DNA from: Phoronis australis
Lineage: Eukaryota; Animalia; Phoronida
Reading direction: 5' to 3'
Length of the DNA stretch: 64,000 nucleotides
Assembly: GCA_002633005.1 (NCBI GenBank)
Contig: NMRA01000091.1
Location: 260,445-324,444, forward strand
This document shows positions 40,300 through 54,085 of this stretch, one piece after another (position 1 is the stretch's first letter; each line of letters opens with the position of its first letter). Both the position numbers and the translations under genes were made by a program. The notes beneath the pieces were generated by a model. That model ran no database searches. It was not told where the DNA came from and saw nothing but the letters and a program-made list of their open reading frames with translations.

Positions 40300-41035
40300 G
40301 GTTAGGGAGGGAAACTACAAAATCCTTTGGCATGCTTTAAAAACTGAAATCGACAAGTTAGTATTTGTACCCTACAAGAGGCAAAACCAACTAATGTCAA
40401 AGATAAACGCAACAGGCATCCGCAACTGCATGTGTGGTGTCTGACGGTCACCGAGTTCATGATGTATAGTGAATTGGCAACAGTCACTAACAGGGGGCCC
40501 ACATTTTGTGAACCAGTTTTCTCCAGTGAATAACTGGCATCAAACTGGTTCTCAAACTCTGGGACGCTTGTAAGTGACAATTGACCATGAATCTGTTCCA
40601 CCTCAGCTTCATGTGAGCAGTTGTGAACCATTTGACAACCATGCCATAAGGTAGCTGCCAAGATCGACAAGCTTGTTAAGTTCTGACATCATAGAATGAG
40701 TCACCGCTTCTACTCCAGGCCTCCCATGTTGTAACTACGGCAAAACTCAAAAAAGAACGACGAGATCAGACTACGTGTGGACTTGCGAGAAACTAACAAG
40801 GCAACCCTTCTACCACATATGTAACACCTACGGTGGACGAACTCACTACTGGCCTTAGAGGTTTGTAGTATTAACTAGGACAAACTTCTTGTCGTGGCAT
40901 TACCATCTCATGATCCAACCTCACGCCGTTACATCACTGTTTTCTCAACATACATGGGAGTTTATTTGGCACTAAAATATTTCACTCAAGAAACAATCCA
41001 ATCGGTCATTGCAGACATTCATGGTATACGTAACA
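40300..41035 (+). pseudogene. Gypsy-like pol (RT) relic
   Basis: Fragments DEIRLRVDLRETNKA, SRRYITVFSTYMG, FTQETIQSVIADIHGIRNI with stops and frameshifts. Confidence 0.55.
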
Positions 41036-41039
41036 TAAG

Positions 41040-41648
41040 GGTCATCCTAATGTGTTCCGAGTTCTATGTGTCCAGTTTTCTGTCCCTGGTCAGCGCTCGA
41101 CCAGCCAATTTTTGACCTAATTATGCCTGCAAATCAGGGTTAATGAGGTACAAATTTTTTGCCCTTGATCAGGATCGTCAGCTGTCGAATTTATAGTAAG
41201 AACATACATGTCAATTTTCACAAACATCCATTGAGCAGTTTGGTTGATAGAGGGGTGGACGCAAAAAAACAGGCTCGAAAACAGTAACAATGGCCACCAG
41301 GTGGCGCAAACTATGTCGAATCCATCCGAAAATGGGAGTATGACTTCAACTCACTAATACGTGCCTATATACCAAATTTTATGAAAATTACTTCAGGACT
41401 TTTGAAGATACAGAGGTAAACATAAAAAACTAAAATCGCCACTAGGGGGCACACCGGTAGTCGGATCCGTCCGAAAGATAGCTCATGCCGTCCCATCCAC
41501 GGAAGGAACACATGTGCATAATTTCATGACCATACGTCAAGGCATTTTGGAGATAAAGCAGTGGACGCCGGACGGACGGACGGACGGACGGACGGACGGA
41601 GATGACGGCATAATGCGTCCACATATAAATATGTAGGCGCATAAAAAA
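41040..41648 (+). mobile_element. Helentron-like non-autonomous element (HINE/pearl-like)
   Basis: Degenerate internal repeats, (GACG)n microsatellite at ~41570-41598, 3' stem-loop TGCGTCCACATAT-AA-ATATGTAGGCGCA followed by an A tract; left boundary approximate. Confidence 0.6.
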
Positions 41649-43152
41649 GCTATGTACTCATTTGTGAATTTTTTTGACATTATACCTATCAAACAGTAGC
41701 TCATGAAATGGGCTAGAATAGATTTTCATATCAAATTTGCCCGCTGGTGTAAAGCAACATGATGTGCAGAGGATTACAAGGCAGATGATCATTGGCTATG
41801 TTAACTGAAGCATCACATGTCAAAGACAGAAATCAATGGTGCATAACTCTGCTTGCATGGTTTTAGCCCTACTTCCAATAATTGCTGCCTCTTGATAAAA
41901 AGTGCTGATAACTGTCTGTCTAGAAATCTGTGTAAAACTCACTCAACACAACCATGCAGAAGATAATTAACAAACAATGCAGACCTCGACTCAGTGCAAG
42001 GTTCCAGATAGGAAACAATGTACACTTACGCGTGTGTAAGTATGGTAAAAACTCACCAATTTCCAAAAAAATAATCTCTAAAACTGCCCTTTTTATTCTC
42101 AAAGGCTTCTAGCATTATAGTGAATGCCCATAAATTTTCACGTGCTGTCTGGTGGTACCTATGGTGCAGAATTTCATCATGGAAAAGCATTGACTTTTTA
42201 CAACGGATTTTTTAGGAAAAATTGGAAAATGCCATGTTGTGTCCTCATTGAAGTGATTACCACTATTAGGAAATAGTGCAAAACAAATATAATGGCACAA
42301 TTAATGAAGTATGCTGTACAAGGAAAAAGTGACACCTGCAAATTCTACGCATATTGCAAAATTATATATTAACACAAAAACCTATTCAAAAATTGGTTTC
42401 ACAAATAAATGGCAAGGCAGCTGATTACTGCCACAAATTGTGTCAGACTGCTGCAATCTGTGCCTGAATTAGTCTGTGACTGCAAACTCAACAGAAGTGT
42501 AACTGTGATTGTAACATCAGAGGTGAATCAACAAGCACGTTAAAGAGCACAAAGGAAAGAACAATCTAGCTTGAGACTAAATAACTAACACACCAACCAG
42601 CAAAGCACAAACCCAAACAAAACCATCTACACTTACAAGATAAATGTACTCAGACAAACAATCGTTTCCGATCGTGACAGGTGACAGCTTAAGTCCGTAA
42701 ACAGCGAATTTTACTGGCAATAGCTATCAGGGAAGCAAAATTGTAATTAACAAATGGCTTAGCCACCGAAATAACTTTCCTGTTAATTCACCTTCTTTCT
42801 CGGTCATCAGGGGAGACTACTTTGACGAAGAATGCGGCTTCCGCCCAACCGCCACGACGAGGAATTCCAGGTCATTTTGTCTGAATACTTTTGGCTTGTA
42901 CAGTTGCTCTAGCGTTCACACTATTTCACTCGGAGTGGGGATTCACAAGTCTTCAAAATAAGTCTCAGTCTAGGAAATCTAGATATCAAGTTTTTCCAAG
43001 TTATGGGTCAATTTCCCCAGAATTACTGGTGAGTTTTAAATCTTGAATTAAAATTATGTTTGTCAGGAAGTATGGTAAGCTGTGTAACCAGCTACTTGAA
43101 CAATCATTTTGCACAAGACTTTTTAGTCAAGCGTTTCCCCATGCAGAGTGTT

Positions 43153-43474
43153 CAAGGTACCTAAACTACACAGTTAACGGACTCATAAATACGGTCCCGG
43201 ACACATGAACATGACTCACGTGCCTGCAAACACTGTTCACTGACTCATAAACACGGGAACGGACTCAGAAAACACAATCCGTTCACTCAAATACACGGGA
43301 CACGGACTCACATTCACAAAGAAACACGGTTAACGGACTGCCTGTTTGGCAGTCCGTTAACTGTGTTTCTTCGTGTATTTGGGTGAGTGAACGGTGTTTG
43401 CAGGTCCATGAGTCGTGTTCATGCGTCAGTGACCGTGTTAATGAGTACGTTAACCGTGTGGTTTAGGTACCTTG
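43153..43474. mobile_element. Foldback MITE with ~100-bp TIRs and 5-bp TSD
   Basis: CAAGGTACCTAAAC...GTTTAGGTACCTTG; TSD GTGTT; internal ACGGACTCA subrepeats. Confidence 0.8.
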
Positions 43475-44302
43475 GTGTTGAGTTGATCAAATTCTCTTAA
43501 AACGATTATCTGAACAGGGATGTGCTTTCACGTCAAAACAACAGAGAAGAATGCAGCAAACTGAGGAATGAACAATAAACTGGTATAAAAATTTATTTTG
43601 GCAGCTGCACTGGTCCCCAATTTCTGAAAAAAATAAATCCCACTGCAGCTGCTCTGTCAAATGATGAGACTGACATGTAAAAGTGACCACTCATAGGAGA
43701 CTTAAATGTGGAGCACTGATGACTGGTCACTTGGAGTGAGAGACTGCTGTTATAGCTAAAGCATACCTAGTGTAGGGGCCACTATCTGAGAATTGTTACT
43801 ATACAGATACATACCAAATGGTGCCAGTTAGGTATCGATACTATTGGGGTACTGATGCTGACTTATTCAGTAAACTTAGGATATGTTTGGTGTTCCAACA
43901 ATGCCCCTGGCACATTAGGATACCCACCTTTTTAGAGTCAGCAAGTAAGTTGACTACTTAAGAACTTTGGTTTGACTTCACACACTATGTAGTTGACTAA
44001 ATTGGAATACTAAATAAGCCTCACTTTCAGTTTTCAATGTATGGATTTTGGCACTGATAATGTACCAGACAGTATTATTCTTTTCAGTAATGGGTAGAGT
44101 ACGGGCACTGTCGCCCTGTGCCCAACTCAAGGCATGACAAGGGGACTCATTTTCAATCCCTGAGTACAAACCATGCATCAACACCTGAAAAGTGCCTTGA
44201 CGTACAAAACACAAAGGGCTTTCCTTAAATGAACTCAAACATGGAACTGAGCCGGGTTTAGAAAACTTGAGAGCCAAATAGTTTTTCATGAAGATTCTAC
44301 AT

Positions 44303-45937
44303 GAACAAGAGCAACACAGAACGTTGATGTAGTAACAAACACTACAAGCATCGCAAATGGCAAAGACATTAGGGAACCTCATTTTCCAAAAATCTTGATG
44401 GTAGTCAGATCCATTCTTAAAACAACATCAGTTGTGCTCTCATCAGTAGAAGACGCTTGCCAGATCAATTTGAAGAACTTGATAGAAATAAAGACGAAAG
44501 TGACAACTATTTGCCACTAGGGGATGCCACTGGAGCCAGATCCATTAAAAAATCAATACAAGTCACACTTTCCTCAACAGAAACACAAACGGCCAAATTT
44601 CATGAAGAACTTTTCAGAGAGTACCACAAAAAATAAATTTTACAAAATTTTGTTTAATTTCAGTGTAGAGATGTGGCTAAATACACAAAAAAATCAGTAA
44701 ATGTCTACATTTTTTGAAACTAGAAATCAGGTAGAATTTAATTTTTGACATTGTACCAATCTGCCATCGATTGAGTCACATGGCCAAGTCTGTTCAGTAC
44801 AAATTACCACAAAAGAAAGGTACATTCATAGAAAAATAACAGTATCAACAACATGGCCCAATTTCGTTTGAGAAATGTTCAGGATCAAATCTCAAAAACG
44901 TTGTAACACTTGTCTAAATTATCAGTTCATTTTTATTTTCAGCAACTACTAGTAGGACATGATCTCCTCAGAAGGATCACTCATGTCAAATTTCATAAAG
45001 AGGCCTCAAAGTACTTGGTAGATACCGAGGAAGGTGCACTGAAAAACTAAGATTGTCATTAAGGGGTGCCACGATTTTCAGATCTGTGTGAAGGTTAATA
45101 TCGACTATGCTCTCTTCAATAGGGACAAATCAGTCAACTTTTATGATGATTCCTCAAGCGGTTTGGTGGATAGGGAGGCAGATACCAAACAGCAGACACA
45201 AAAATAATAAAAACGGCTACTAGGAGCGGCAGAATAGGTACAGTCCATCTGAACTTAGGCAGTTGCTGTACTCTCCTTCACAGAAACTTCTCATTTGCCA
45301 AATTTGATGAAGATCTGCCAAGGACCTTGACAGATACTACCATTGAACGTTACAGTTGTCATGCAACTAAGACCATAATTGTCACTAGGGGACGCCACAG
45401 TAGTCAGTCTTGTACCAAAATCAGTGGCAGGCGCGCTCTGCTCAATAGGAACACATAGACCAAATTTCACATGAACATCCATCCAACCTGATAGCTACTG
45501 CCGCAGAAGAAAAAAATACCACTAGAAGACGCTACAGTAGTCCGACTCAACCTAAAATAAATGTCAGCTTTGTCTTTCTCAAGAGAAACACACCTTCAAA
45601 TTTTCATAATGATAATATTTTGGAGAATAAACAAAAATAATGAGTATGGCATACGCTGAATTAGTAGAGAAATTGAAAGGAATCTGTGTCCCTTTAATCG
45701 GAACATATACATGCACAAAATTTCATAAAAACGTCGAAAACGTAAAGAAAACTAAAAGAGCCACTAAGGAAGCAATGTCAGTTGAATCCATCCAGATATT
45801 TGAGAGTGCTCTACCATCCATTATAGGAAACAATAAGGGGATTAGGAGAAACCACAGAGTGAATGCCAGGGGCAGGGCGGATGCCAGATAGACAGACAGA
45901 TGACGGCATTATACGCCCACAAGTGGACGCATAAAAA
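44303..45937 (+). mobile_element. Helentron-like element with a long degenerate repeat array
   Basis: AACAAGAGCAA start, repeated CCACTAGRGG..C and CAAATTTCATGAA motifs, (GACA)n remnant, GATGACGGCAT...GTGGACGCATAAAAA end. Confidence 0.55.
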
Positions 45938-47245
45938 TGATAGTCATATGCTCAGCAGAAAGTAAGACACTGAACTGAAAACAGCGCGTGTATAGTTTGG
46001 ATTACGTTCTTTGCCCAGGGAGTACAGTGAAATTTCACCAATTTAGGACAGAATATGGCAGACAGGTGAAATCATGATAGTCTCCATTTTTTCATAAAAC
46101 GCAAATATCACCACATTAAATACTTTTTCAGCTTCAAGTTCTATACTAGACAATATTTTGAGAAACTGTGGGTTTTCAAAGAAGTAAAAAAGATGAAAAA
46201 GATCAATTTTGGCAATCGTTTTTGTCAGAAATCGATCAAATTTTACCGCATCCCAGGACAATTTGTACAACAATGCAGTTAACCCTTCACCCGCTAGCCA
46301 GCAACAAGAGTCAACACTCCTAGGTAGCCTGTTACCTTTACTTCACAGTCTCTCATTTGACAGTTAACTTCGCCTTACTATGTATAGGCACAGTTTTAGC
46401 TTGAAAAATATTAAACTAATAAATGCAAAAGACGACTAACCTTGTCTGAGAACTCCTGGAAAACAGGAATAGTAGAAAAGAAAATGTATTTACTGAAGAG
46501 AAAATAATCAGTCATACAGTACTTGTCCGGGATACTGCCCAGAGTGCTTAAACTGGGGAATTCAGAAGTCAGGGGACGGGTGTGAAATTTTTGAGAAATT
46601 GGCGGTGAGCGCGTACCCGGGTTTATGTCCAAAGACGTAAGCTGATGTCAGATATCACATGGAAGAGTCGAATACAACATTGGTGGATGGTAGTTAATGT
46701 AGTAAGGGGCTTACTGTCTAGAATGGATTGATAGCACACATAAGTTCAGTAATAAGACCCAGCTCTTGTGATCATTTGACGTTATCTCGTGAAGATTTGT
46801 GTGAATTTGCATTTCTTGCCATAAACTTGTCCTGCTAAATGCAGCCGTGAGTGTGCAGGTATTTTCCTCATTCGAATACTAACTGCACGACACATTTTAG
46901 CAAGGTTTAATGGTCATTTGGTCTCGCTAACTGGCAGCCAGAGAACTATATTGCAACTAGAAACCATGGAAATTCTTCAGTTATTTTGCACAAAAATAAT
47001 TGCCAAAACTGTCATTTTTCAAACGCTGACTGGTGGTGGAAATATTGTAAACTTTACCAAATGGTGTATTCAACCATCTGCACACTACAAACCAAGCTTG
47101 CAACGGAACAAAATTTTCAAAATGGTTATTTTTGCAGTAAAATTTGACAAAATGAAAGTTCACTTGCTATACACATGATGCCAATGGGTCCAGTTCAAAA
47201 CTATCATTTCTGCAACATAACAAAGTTACACTTACTTAAATAACC

Positions 47246-47525
47246 AAGAGCTTGTTTCAAGAAATGGGACTTGAGACTTAACACAGAAATTTGGTCTTTC
47301 GCGCACACTTCGCAATTGATGAATAAAGGTTTAACTACTATGAGCGCATCACAGTCTAGAAACATTTTGCACTAATCATCTCAGTAACTATCAGTACTGT
47401 GTGTATTCCCAGAGACTGCGGTTTTGCTCAGGTGAGAGTTAACTATTTTTTAGAAATAATTGTGTTCAGTGTAAGACCAAATTTCTGACTTAAGATTCAA
47501 GTCATTTTTCATGAAAAAAGCCCTT
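47246..47525. mobile_element. Diverged MITE with ~50-bp TIRs
   Basis: AAGAGCTTGTTTCAAGAAA...CAGAAATTTGGTCTT versus its inverted counterpart ending AAAAAAGCCCTT. Confidence 0.6.
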
Positions 47526-48229
47526 AATAGGTGATTTCCCACACGGAAGCAATAGATGACCCTTAAATCAGTCTCTGTTGAACTCAGTTCTCTGACTGCC
47601 TACTGTCAAACTGCAAGCCGGGACTGCAAGTAGTCGATTTTAACAAAGAATTGCTCGTGACTTTTCGGAAATGGAAGCATAGACCCATTTAGTTGGGCCC
47701 ACAATCAACATGAACAAGCGTTTCATTGCACCTTAGACTGAATTATACAAACACTTCATCACAGCTAGCAAAACTCTTGAAAAACCCTTTTTAATGTATA
47801 AAAACACATGTATATAACTCATTCCCAGTTGCATTTGAACACTTGTGAACATCCTGGGAACTGTTTAAAAATGAAAGTTTGGAAATTCTGGCAGTATTTG
47901 GTAAGCAGAGCATGGGCGTTAATCTGGACAAGTACGGTAACACAACTATTGATTGATTTAATGAAAATCGAAAGAAATGTTACACAGAACATATCAACAC
48001 AATGAGGCTACAAATAATAACGGCTTGCATAAACATTGCATTACCAGACCAATGTCTTACCAAGCATTGTAGAACACTTACTGTAAGTGGAGAGTGTCGA
48101 TGGTATTCAAAATGATTGTAATAACAATGGCTTGTTATCGAAACGAGAGCAATGCAAAGCATTGAACAGCGCCCATGACTGCATCACAAACAGAATACTT
48201 CTAGGGGTGTTTATTATTATCAGGTAATA

Positions 48230-49128
48230 CAGTGGCGGATCTAGGATATCACAAGGGGGGGGGCCCAACATTTTGTCCGGTTGGAAGCTTTTGCGCAAAC
48301 TGAACCACGAATGTAGATGCGCATAGCACCGGATGGGGGGAGGTCGGGAGGGGGGTTTGCCCCCCTCCCGCCCAGGAAATTTTTCTGTTTTTACCTCTAA
48401 AAATCAAGCATTTTCCTTGATTCCTGAAGTATTATCCAAGAAAAAAAGGCAAAAAAAACACGGAGAACGTGTCAAACAGGAACAAAAAATGCAATTATCA
48501 GATACTCGAACTCACGACCTGGCGGACAGAGCGCGCGTACGTTACCACTACACCCCCACATTTGCCTACAAATTTCATACTAAAAGACTTACTTGTTTAT
48601 GGGCCACAGCGTTTGCGCGCGAAACCTACTTCTTTTTGTAATGCTTATTACACGTTTTATATTTTGTGCCATCAATTCTTAATAAATTTGTCGTATTTGA
48701 AATAGTCTTCAAATGCCCAAAAGACCAAATCCATTTTTCGTGTTGGCAATAATGAAGGGATTGCTTTGGAAACCGTCTTAAGATAAGGTTTGACAAAGAG
48801 AATATTGCGAGTTTCTGAGTGATTCACTAAGGCTTCGATTAAAATTCACATCTTACCAACAGCTTCTGTTTTTTCATCGTCACTCAGGTTCCATTTTCTT
48901 TAAAAAATGAACTAAATTTTCTTAATTGCACAGTGGAGCAGACGACGGAAACGGAGTCGTAGTGCNNNNNNNNNNNNNNNNNNNNNNNNNNNNNNNNNNN
49001 NNNNNNNNNNNNNNNNNNNNNNNNNNNNNNNNNNNNNNNNNNNNNNNNNNNNNNNNNNNNNNNNNNNNNNNNNNNNNNNNAGGGGGGGGGGGGGCGGGCC
49101 CCCTGGGCCCCCCCTAAATCCGCCTATG
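48230..49128 (+). mobile_element. Family A copy, full length with short gap
   Basis: Both termini present; 5-bp TSD TAATA. Confidence 0.9.
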
Positions 49129-49566
49129 TAATATACAACATAAAAAGGCCACTAGGGGGCACAACAGAATTCACATCCATCTGAAATAAGGCAAATGTTA
49201 TCATCTCCTTGATAGAAACTTTCTTGCCAAATTTTGAGAGCATCTATCAACTTGGTAAAAAAGAGCTACAAAGTCAACCTAAATTGCCACTGGGGGTAGC
49301 ACAGTAGTTGAACTCTTCCAAATCAACATCAGGACTACTATCCTTAATTGGAATACATTTAACTAATTTCATAGAAAACCATCAAGGAACTTGGTAGATA
49401 CTGAGGCACAGACAAAAAAACAACAAATTTGCAAATAGAGCCATAGTTATTTGGCAGACAAAGAGGCGGATACCAAAGGTGCAAAAATAATAAAAATGGC
49501 CCCTGGGGGATGAAAATATGTTGGATTTATCCAAAAATGAGAAAAACTGTTCGTCAAATTTCATGA

Positions 49567-49752
49567 CATGAAAATCCATCAATGAAAATCCATGAATGAA
49601 AATCCATGAATGAAAATCAATCAATGAAAATCCACCAATGGAAATCCACCAATGAAAATCCACCAATGAAAATCCACCAATGAAAATCCATCAATGAAAA
49701 TCCATCAATGAAAATCCATCAATGAAATCCATCAATGAAAATCCATCAATGA
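49567..49752 (+). repeat. 14-bp minisatellite
   Basis: Unit ATGAAAATCCA(T/C)CA. Confidence 0.9.
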
Positions 49753-50822
49753 CAATCATAGATTTAGGGGCATAAGCAGGCATCTGAGTTGTTTGACCTG
49801 TCCAAAACTAAACTGCAGTTATGATAATCTCCATGGGAACACATCTGTAAAATTTTCATAATGATACTTCAAGCTGTTGGCAGATACAGATGCAATAGTA
49901 ACTAAAATGGCCACTAGGAGATGCGCGTTAACCTATGTACAATCTGTCTGACAATAGGAAGGTGTTGTAGTCTCCATACAAGAAACAAGTTTTCCAAATT
50001 TCGTGAAGATCTGTCAGAGAACATGGTAACAAAGGAAACTCGCCTAATGTAAAATATGAAAAGGTGCTAGGGGGCCACAGAATCAGCTGAGGCTTCGTGC
50101 CATCCATTTCACAAACATCCCTAAAGTGGTTTAGGAAAAACAGCAACGGAAACTAGCTGGACGCTGAGACGGGAAGACATGACAGCATAATGCGCTCACC
50201 ATATATACGTGGACGCATAAAAATGGAAGCATAGATGCTTTACTCGCATTGGTTTGCGCCAAAATGACTAAGCATGACCTAATTTTCATTGCAACCTCAC
50301 AAAGCACATTGTGACAACACAGAACATCACAGGCGACAAAAATGAAACAATGAAATACTGAAAGTATGAAAACTGTCAATTTTCAAGAAAAATCAATATT
50401 AACTGTGAGATCATGCTTGTTAAAAAAATATATATAACTGACCAGTCTGCCATTCTTATTTTTGTGTTGGTTTGCAAGTCAAAATTTATATATTTCACAA
50501 GGTGCATTTGTAATAAAGAAATGCACTGCCATTGACAATTAAAAACAGACACCCCTCCATCACTGCAAGCCTAACCAGAGGGTGCAAGAATAGTTTGAAC
50601 TCTTTTATCTAAACAAATTAACAACAGAAAATTGTTTACCAACAAGAAGACATTCAGGGGTCCCAGGCCTAACTACCTGAACAAACGTAATTCTATCGGT
50701 AAGACTGTTGTTTTACACCATCTTGATACTATAACCCGAACATTAGCCTGTAACCATTACACTAACTCAAAGTTAGGCAAAGCATCATGTAGGATGTCAT
50801 AAAAGCTATAGTAGTTATTTAC

Positions 50823-50915
50823 CTTGTCTGCACGAATCAGCCTTGCAATGTTTGACGCCTTCTCTGCACATCTCAACAATGCTTGCGTTAATTCAGACAC
50901 CTTGGCCCGAACCAT
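50823..50915 (-). CDS. INPP1: INPP1-like coding exon 1 (MVRAKVSELTQALLRCAEKASNIARLIRADK)
   Basis: tttcag acceptor 5 nt before ACC-ATG-G, AAG|GTAAAT donor; resembles the INPP1 N-terminus (LL..SEKAANIAR). Confidence 0.85.
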
Positions 50916-51144
50916 GGTATCTGAAATAAACATGACAATAAATACAATTAATACCATCTTCAACTGAAGTTCTACTTACATGTAAATTAACAGCAATATA
51001 CTTGTAGCAAGACTATGCCCACGGCATTACCAATCCCTCTCCGTCTCCCTCCCTTCACCTCACTCCCCCCCCCTCCCTCCCTCTATGACTGTATTACAGA
51101 TACCTTCCACAACATATAAGCTTAAACTTTACATGTTCCAAACA

Positions 51145-52020
51145 ATACCCAAGATGTCAAACTACCAACCTGAGAGGGAAAATACCCATCAAAGATGATA
51201 CCCAAGATGCCAAACTACCTATCTCAGAGTGAAAATACCCATCAACGACGATACCCAAGATGTCAAACTACCCACCTGAGGGGGAAACACCCATCAAAGA
51301 TGATACCCAGGATCTCAAACTACCTATCTGAGAGGGAAAATACCCATCAAAGATGATACCCAAGATGTCAAACTACCTATCTGAGAGGGAAAATACCCAT
51401 CAAGGATGATACCCAAGATGCCAAACTACCTACCTCAGAGTGAAAATACCCATCAGAGACGATACTCAAGATGTCAAACTACCCACCTGAGGGAGAAATA
51501 CCCATCAAAGATGATACCCAAGACGTCAAACTACCCACCTGAGAGGGAAAATACCCATCAAAGATGATACCCCAGATGCAAATTACCCACCTGAGAGGGA
51601 AAATACCCATCAAAGATGATACCCAAGATGTCAAACTACCCACCTAAGAGGGAAAATATCTATCAAAGGTGATACCCAAGACGTCAAACTACCCACCTGA
51701 GAGGGAAAATACCCATCAAAGATGATACCCCAGATGCAAATTACCCACCTGAGAGGGAAAATACCCATCAAAGATGATACCCAAGATGCCAAACTACCCA
51801 CCTGAGAGGGAAAATACCCATCAAAGATGATACCCAAGATGCCAAACTACCCACCTGAGGGGGGAAAATACCTATCAAAGATGATACCCCAGATGCCACA
51901 CTACCCACCTGAGGGGGGAAATACCCACCAAAGATGATACGCTGGGTGCCAAAGTTGAAACAACTGGTAAAATACCAGAAGTACCGGAGATGCCACACTA
52001 TCCACCTGAGGGAAATGTCC
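51145..52020 (+). repeat. ~53-bp minisatellite, ~16 copies
   Basis: Unit AAATACCCATCAAAGATGATACCCAAGATGTCAAACTACCCACCTGAGAGGGA. Confidence 0.95.
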
Positions 52021-52199
52021 AACAGATATGACATCTGAGAACATTAAATACTACCTTCTAAAGTGGTACATTCTTACTGGGAAACCCTACCTAACAGACA
52101 GTATATTAACAAAGAAGTGGAAAGTTTTACGACCATCTTGTACAATGTTGCAAATGAGAGATTGGGGATAATGCTGGAAAGAATGAAGACACCGCAACC

Positions 52200-54085
52200 A
52201 ATATCACAGGGCAACTGAAGACTGAAGAGAGCAAAAAATCAGGAAGAATGGGGGAAGAAACTATGCTCACTAGCCAAAGCACTTAACAAGGATGAGAAGA
52301 AATATCAACTCCAATATTTCATACATGACGAACAAGTAAATCTCAGACGTTTAAGCAATACAGAAAGGGTAGACGACAGAGCAGACGATAGAGGAGCAAG
52401 GACGGGAATGAGTTTGCAAAAGATCCTTTTACGATTACCAAGGCACTACTAAGAGAAGATGAATCAAGTAGTCATCTGAGGGCAAGATAGAACAAAGTTT
52501 GAGAGAAGCTAATAATTACAGAGAGAATATAGACCACTATGGAATAGCATCAGAGTAGAAGCAGCAGAAGCCCCACATACAATCTTAAGTAGATGTCAGC
52601 GTACCAACCTAGAAAGAGGTAGCAGAAGTCATAAAGAAAGCAAGGTCAAAGTCAGCCCCTGGACCAAGTGGACTGCCATACAAAGAATAGAAGTGAGTAG
52701 GTTTTAGTCAATATTTTGTACCATTTGATTTTGAAGAAGGTAAAGATCCAGGCAGCTTGGAAGGTTTCAGTGGGCTGCTTTGTACCAAAGGAGAAAGATG
52801 ATTCGAAGACAGACCAATGCAGAATAAATTCCTTACTAACCGTGGAAGGAAAGATAAATTTTTCCGTGCTAGAAAAGACGACTACAGCCTATCTTACGAT
52901 GAACAATTACATTAACACGGCGATCCAGACTTGGCAGGGGTGCCAAGATTTTCAGGATGCGTGGAGCACTCCAGTGTGCTTAGCTAGCTGATCCAACAAG
53001 CCAAGTTGAAGAATAAATAACTAACCTGTGTGTGGCTGTAACTGGCAAACGCCAAAGGATAGATTTCCCATTAGCTCACGGACACGGCAGTGAAGCATTA
53101 CCATCTACCAGACACAATTTCCCAGCCCTCATCATCATGGAAATGAATTTCTTGATAAAGGGTTGCGAGAGGCAGAGCAGAGGACCCAGACTGGAGTCAG
53201 TAATCTCAGCACATGTGATTAGAGCTTATATGGACGACCTTACAGTTACAACAGTGATGCAAGGCAAGCAAGATGGGTTTTAGCAGCACTTGAGGAAGCA
53301 TCCACTTGGGGTAGGATGATGTTTAAACCAACAGTCAAGAAGCATGGTCATCGGGGTAAGAAAGATTGTCAACAGATTTAAGTTAATGATTCACAGTGAA
53401 GAGATATCTTTGCTTGTGGGGAACTCAGTAAAGTATCATTGGCAAGTGGTACAACCTACTTAGTGATCGTAACAGCATCTTGCAGATAGAGGAGCAAGAC
53501 TAAAAATGGCTCCAGCAAATGGAATGAAGCAGACTATGAGAGAAATTCAAGGCATGGGACTACTAACATGGCCCACTGCCCAGTGTTAGAGGTTCCTCCA
53601 AGTTTCATACAGGTTGGTCTATACAGTAGAGCAGTACATTTTCTGCTACATTTTTCATCTTTATTTGAGGACTTCAAGATGGTCAAGTGCAGTCTTGTAC
53701 AAACGGTAAGCTGCTATGGTAAGGGGGGTGGGGCAACAGAAGTGACAAGATTGAGAAGAAATTGGTCAGCGAGTACTGCAGAGAGTCAAGCAGAAGGCAT
53801 GTCGGTCATTGGATATACAGTAAGAAACATCTCTGCATTGGGCGCCAAAGACTGGGAGCCTATCATTTTCAACAGTGGAGCGGCACAACAAAAGTACACA
53901 ATAGTGAGATGACCCAAAAAGTAATAAGGAAACTCAAAGAAGATACTAGAATGACCAAAGCAGTTCAACTCTGGCAACAAGGTGATTGGATAAGGTGGGA
54001 CCAGTCAGTGAAGAAGTTGACATGGAATGAATTGTGGAAACTAAATTTCATGATATTTGGGTTTTTATTACAATCTATGTATGAT
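52200..54085 (+). pseudogene. Degenerate non-LTR retrotransposon RT, HERO/NeSL-like
   Basis: Frameshifted motifs KSAPGPSG, FVPKEK..SLLTVEGKI, SGCVEH, RAYMDDLT (53221-53244), QGDWIRW..LTWNELW..FLLQSMYD. Confidence 0.75.

Larger units (their letters stand above)
48140..50223 (+). mobile_element. Helentron-like element interrupted by a family A copy and a minisatellite
   Basis: AAACGAGAGCAA start; same internal motifs; ends CATAATGCG...GTGGACGCATAAAAA. Confidence 0.5.

Noticed and set aside
51145-52020. Regularly spaced repeat resembling a CRISPR array
   Set aside because: Units are contiguous with no unique spacers, no cas genes, eukaryotic context
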